Below, one piece after another: positions 58,819-64,000 of a DNA stretch of 64,000 nucleotides. Source of the stretch: Kondoa subrosea (Eukaryota); NCBI GenBank assembly GCA_039545335.1, contig BCIN01000007.1:124001-188000 (forward strand). The letters are read 5' to 3'. The translations under genes and the position numbers were made by a program. The first letter of the stretch is position 1; every line of letters begins with the position of its first letter. The notes below the pieces were generated by a model. The model ran no database searches. It was not told the origin of the DNA and saw nothing but the letters and a program-made list of their open reading frames with translations.

Positions 58819-61077
58819 ATGGACGCCAACGCTTTAAATCGGCAAGTGAGAGATTTCTGATGTGATATGAATTAATCAACCCTAAACCAATAACCCTGCT
58901 AGCTACAAGATGCGCAACGCGATCTGCGAGCAATGCAATCATACTGTGCAACCTTGGAAGATCAGCTCAGTAATCGGAGCGAGCGAGCTATGACTTCAGG
59001 AATGATTCCGTCTGCTGCTGTTGCAAGTTCATACTATCTATTAGCGTACCAAGCTAACCTTCATCATAGTCGCAGCCTCATGTTATGCTTGTACTACTCA
59101 ATGGCGATTCACTTGCTTTCCGTCATGATTTGATGGACGCCGAAGGTGGTCGTGAGGCAGCCGCTCAATTACAGAGGCAGTGCAAAGCATATATCGAGAG
59201 TCAACTAGTTGACAGTACCCAAGTCAAGATTATAGTCCAGATATGTGCGTGCTCCGTTGATTCTCGACAACCAGACTGAATTAGTGTTACTTCAGTCCGA
59301 ACTCGTTCAGATATAGTCAAAAGTACAGCAAGCGACTTCATGCAGAGCTTCAATGAGTGAGTCTTTGATCTACTCCTATACTATTGGCTTACGAATCTGA
59401 GCAGAAGCAACGCTGCCTGGCACGTTATGGATTGTGGCCGTCATACTGAAGACAAGCTCGAAGAAGCATTGAAGTTCAACGCGTCTCTTTCCCATGTCTC
59501 ACTAATTTTGGTCGGATCCCAACATGCTGGACTCTTTGGAACTCTCAATTCTTTGAAAGCTCAAGGACGTGCAGATAATGTGCACATATTAGGTGAATAG
59601 TCTCTCTTCAGAACCAACAGCAGCTGACTCTATCTAGCACATAACAATATCCATCAGTGTGTGCTACCACTTTTACCAAAACGTATCTTATTCGGAGCTA
59701 GAAATACAAGAAGCTTGAATATACCTATAACGTACGTTTGCGAGCTATCTTATAGGAATTACTGCAACAATGCGGCCATTGTAGATTCGCCTTCTCTGAT
59801 CTACTGGATTTGTCTTTCAGCCCGGCCACGAGCGAAGTCGGTCAGACACGAGCTTCAAGATTACAGCAAGTGATGCCACCTAATTACCGCACGAAACCTT
59901 GCTGGCGCTTCCATTTTCTCGACTGCGCCTTTGGTCCGAAATGCAGTTTTTCGCATGAGGCAATCTCTCACATTGAGATGGCGACTCTCCGGAGACAGCA
60001 TGCGAATGAGATTGCTTCACAGTCGGATATGGGTCAGTCAATTCGATTGCAAGTTAGAACCTGCTTACATACAGCAGGACAAGTACTTTCCCCAGAGGCT
60101 CTACGGAAACATCGCTTGGGTGTATTCCTACCTTTAGTTCTTGTGATCAATGCAAGCACTGATGTACGAGGACCTTTGCGAGCACAAGTTGGATCCATGC
60201 CACACATCAAGCAGGCGATGAAAGTCGCTGGCATTTCTTCCTTCAGGGACTATACCCAAGTGCGCAAGGTTGCAGACGTCGCTGTCGCTTTGAACGCTGA
60301 CTCCTTCACTAGCTATGCGAGACCATGGGTCTCATCTCCCGTGAGCTATGCTCTCTCTTGCTCAGTATTACCCTTCTCACCCCATCTCTAGTCATTCCAG
60401 GCGAAACCTTCGGTGCTGAACGTATGAGGATACACCAAAAGATTGCAGATCTCCTTGAGACTGATGGAATTGGTGGCGAACCGTTGTTGAAAGCGATAGA
60501 AGGGCGACTGGCTCCTCATAATATCGCCTCAACATATGCTCTCCCCATTCGGTCGCCCGCATCAAGTTCGGCTGAGTCAGTCAGATCGCAACAAGCTTCA
60601 GGTCCTGCTGAACCTTTACGACCTGATCTGCTGCAGTATTTTCTTCCGCTTCTTATCACCTTGAAAGAATGTGCTAAAGACGGGGAAGATCTAAAGCGAA
60701 CTGATGTAGGGTGCCAATTCGCTATAAAAAAGAGTATTCAAGAGTCGCCTTTTGATACTTTCAAGGATTATGCCAAAGTTCGCAATACCTAGCGAATACA
60801 AATGCTGGTGAATCGCTGATCATCTCTCGCTACAGATGGCAGCAGATATGAAATTGGTCATCTGTAGGAATCCTTCATCTCCTCAAGACTTCGATATGGC
60901 TGACCTATGCTTATAGTACTTCCTGGTGAAGGACCTGGCGACGAGCGAATCAAGTTGAATGGAGACATTGCGGATTTGCTTAGCGAAGAGTTATCTGGTT
61001 CTGCCTTAGCGGAAGCTTTCGAACATAGACTAGCAAGTTCTCCTCTCGAATCCGCAAGCGGTGTAGGGTGGGATTAG
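58819..61077 (+). CDS. Degenerate NYN-like + CCCH zinc finger + two LOTUS/OST-HTH-like repeats, paralog 2
   Basis: LLNGDS...GGREAA, FMQSFN, KPCWRFHFLDCAFGPKCSFSH, and two FLPL...VG...F.DY...R...IADLL repeats. Confidence 0.7.
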
Positions 61078-61162
61078 CTTAGACGAGATTCTTACGTAAT
61101 ACGCTAGCATGACCTATTTCCAATTGCAACTCTTCATGTCTCCTCGAAACAGTCATTTCAAC

Positions 61163-62159
61163 ATGTCGAAAGGCTTAGTCATACTCCTTGGAGCAGGGAA
61201 GACCTCGTATGACTTACTTCATCGTGTCCTGCCCTTGTCCGACTATTTCTAACCAGAGGTGCTGGAATTGGTCGACACTTTGCCAAATCTGGCTACTCTG
61301 TCGCGTTGCTCGCTCGAACGGAATCTACAGTCAATGAGATTGCGCAGTCTATACGCTCCGAAGGCTTGCAGGCATTTGGCTATGTTTCGGACACTAGCTC
61401 TGCTGGATTGAAAGGCGCTCTTGCAAAGATTGATGCTCAGCCTGAATTGAAGGGAATACCTCTCAAAGTTGCTATGCATGCCATACTTTCATATCGCCAA
61501 TTATATGAGCTGATCAGGATTGAAGTTGGCATGTCAAGAATGCGTTGAAGAAACCTTTCCTGGAGACGAAAGAGGAAGAGTTCCAAGATTCTATCAACCA
61601 GTACATAGTTGGCGCTTTCAACTTCTCCCAAGTCGTAATACCTAGGTTGCAGCAAAGTCAAGGAACATTGATCTTTACTGGTACGCTTGGAGCTCTCCGA
61701 ACGAATGCTCAATTCGCTGCTTGTTCGTTGCTTCCTTCTTCATGAAGCTCGTATTGATTTGTCTACTAGATGGAGCTGGCCGTGCTTCTGTTCGAATGCT
61801 TGCGCAAGCTTTGGGTAAAGAATTTCTCGACGTACATGTTGTTCAGTAAGCCTGCTCTAGCCATCAGTCCCTGTGTCATCTGATGCGTGAGTAGTGCTAT
61901 TGCGAATGGAGGCATTGAGGATGAACAAGGCGAGAATCAAGAAAAAGGTACTAAGATGAGTGCCGAGACAGTGTAAGCTCCCGTTTTAACCCTTTGCTTC
62001 GGATCGGAACTGATCAATCCATAGAGGAAAAACATATCAGTGGCTTGCTGAGCAGACAAAGGATCTATGGGTCAGTACAAGCACGACAAAGGGACTTGAT
62101 TTGATGCAACCAAACAGGTGTCTGAGCTTGACTTGCGTCCTTCTCAAGAGAAGTGGTAA
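61163..62159 (+). CDS. Short-chain dehydrogenase/reductase (atypical)
   Basis: LLGAG...GAGIGRHFA..GYSVALLAR, TLIFTG, YGAGR..VRMLAQALGKE, ELDLRPSQEKW*. Confidence 0.88.
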
Positions 62160-62799
62160 GAAAGATGCGCGAATAGCAGTAAATGCTTGTACAATAGACT
62201 GTGTGACCTGCAATGCTGCCGCAAACCAAATATTGCATAACCGATGCTTACGTAATGGCGCTGTCATGCTTCGAAGGCCATCTTGCTCAGCAACGCGACT
62301 ATAGTCAGTGACATATCCCTCTGCAACGCGGCTCTTCAGGTTGTTCTGTCTCGTGCCACAATAGCAGCCAGTCTGGAAAGTCAATTGATCTTGAAATTGA
62401 AACATACGAACTTGAAGTAGCAAGTCTATCCCGTTTGCTAGATTTCTTTGCAAAAGGCCAACGCCGCACAGGCTGCTGCAGTTTCTGATACAATTCCCTC
62501 TCAACTCCTTCCCTTTCTTTCCTAGGCTCTTAGAGATTGCGCAAGATGAATCGCATGCAAGGCATGTGACTCTTTCTGACAATCAAATACAGTAGCTGAT
62601 GCTCTCTCTTAGATTCTTTCTCGGGTCTGATGGGACTGCCCTGTAAGAAGTTGCTGAAGCGCAATGAGGATCAAGCTCAAGCAGGCTCACCATAGACTTC
62701 AAGCCTCTGACAATGATAAATATCTCGTCTATCTGCGCAACCGAAAGATTGCTGCAATGTCGATTACTTGGCCCACATGCGTGTTCCGTCAAACCAAAA

Positions 62800-63904
62800 T
62801 TCATGAAAGACCCAAAGATCGCTACTGATCTATCGCCCGAAGATTTTCAACGACGCAAGCAGCTTATCGAAGACTTTGAAATACCCTGAGCTCGCTTCGA
62901 TGCAATGGACGCCTATATTGTATGCTTGGGAGTTATACAAAGGTGAATCGCCCGACAAATACATGTCACTGTTCTAACAGATTCTTGATAATTTACCTCA
63001 GGCTGCGCAAAGACGCAACTAGACTTTGGAGGCATGGTCTGGATCGATAACACTCTGACTCGCTTCTTCTATGTACAAATTGGATATCAACCTCAATGCA
63101 ATTGCGGAAATCGGTTTCATGGAGACTATAAAGCTCTTGCACAATTTCACTCTATGCGTTTACTGAATCTAGCAACTTATCTTCAGGAGAAAAAAGATGC
63201 TCTAGCTCCGGAATGGTGAGCAACTCGCATTGACATACATCATGCATAAGCTTATTCAGACATAGGATCAGAGCGTGCGTCAAAGTGATATCTTGTCTGT
63301 TTCCAGGTTGAACTTATTTACATTGGGTAGCACGTTCACGACGACCGATGCGCAAAAATGGGGTGAGGACGGTCTGAAATCCCGAAAGCTTGACTTAGAA
63401 GCAAACAGATCCCAGTTTCTTAGCTGATTGGAACAAGCCTAGCAAGAATTCGTCGAAAGTCACTCACTACAATGCTTCAGACCTTAAACCTCTGTTGAAA
63501 AGCAAAGTCAGGCTGATCTTTGTCTTGCTGAATCTCAAATGCTAAGAGTTTGACTCAGGATCTCAATGGTATTGGCGCGATTCTTAATCTCGGCGATATC
63601 AAGGATGTGCCACAACCGTGAGTATTTACGAAAAGCTCAGATTGCGAGCTGATCGATCGGATCAGAGGTATAAAGGAGAAAGTCCTAGATGATGCAGCAG
63701 ATACGAAGTCAAGACACGTGGCTCCAGTATTCATCGACGAAGCGAATGCTTCAGTCAAGCGAGAATGCTTCGGATGTCAAGAAGTGTTTCCTAGAGATCA
63801 ATGCAAGCAATGTAAGTTATTATGATTACACATCTCATCAGACCTGCCTGAATGTGATGGATGCGCAGGTTCTCGGTGCAGGCTGGCCTATTACTGTAGT
63901 GTAG
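62800..63904 (+). CDS. Hypothetical multi-exon gene (model unresolved)
   Basis: Coding-like frames separated by GT-AG introns with branch sites; no recognisable motif. Confidence 0.3.
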
Positions 63905-64000
63905 CCTGCCAATCCTCACACTGGCCTTTGCATAAACCGTATTGTAAAAAGTTCAAAGCCAATGAATGAATGAATGACGAGCTTGACGAAGCAAAGTGCT

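Noticed and set aside
63961..63977. (AATG)4 microsatellite
   Set aside because: Too short to be meaningful.

Overview
Intron-dense fungal DNA, most likely a basidiomycete and possibly Pucciniomycotina (inferred from ~50-65 nt introns, GC-AG donors, micro-exons and tight gene packing). The main structure is a direct duplication of at least 13.8 kb: 1-13,831 recurs at 32,941-46,771. It carries arginyl-tRNA synthetase, SPC19, a mitochondrial TPR protein, TRM82, phenol 2-monooxygenase, a beta-lactamase-family esterase and an LtrA-like membrane protein. Identity between the copies is patchy, which fits two haplotypes assembled in tandem. Copy 1 breaks off inside the LtrA-like gene and joins the tail of an unrelated gene. 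Between the copies lie a frameshifted LURP-one gene, orphan and F-box genes, a TpA-rich decayed region, a P450/metallo-beta-lactamase/SDR trio, PIMT, a 290-N gap, an ELYS-like nucleoporin and an orphan with possible papain-like domains. After copy 2 come an F-box protein, a myo-inositol transporter, RPB10, an AA9 LPMO, two tandem NYN/PIN-like + LOTUS-like paralogs and an SDR. Best leads: the NYN-LOTUS pair (one looks catalytically intact with a mitochondrial-type presequence; the other looks degenerate and adds a CCCH finger), an AUG-less mitochondrial presequence on ArgRS, and an AA9 with its second-sphere His replaced by Gln. All gene models were spliced by eye and no database search was run.
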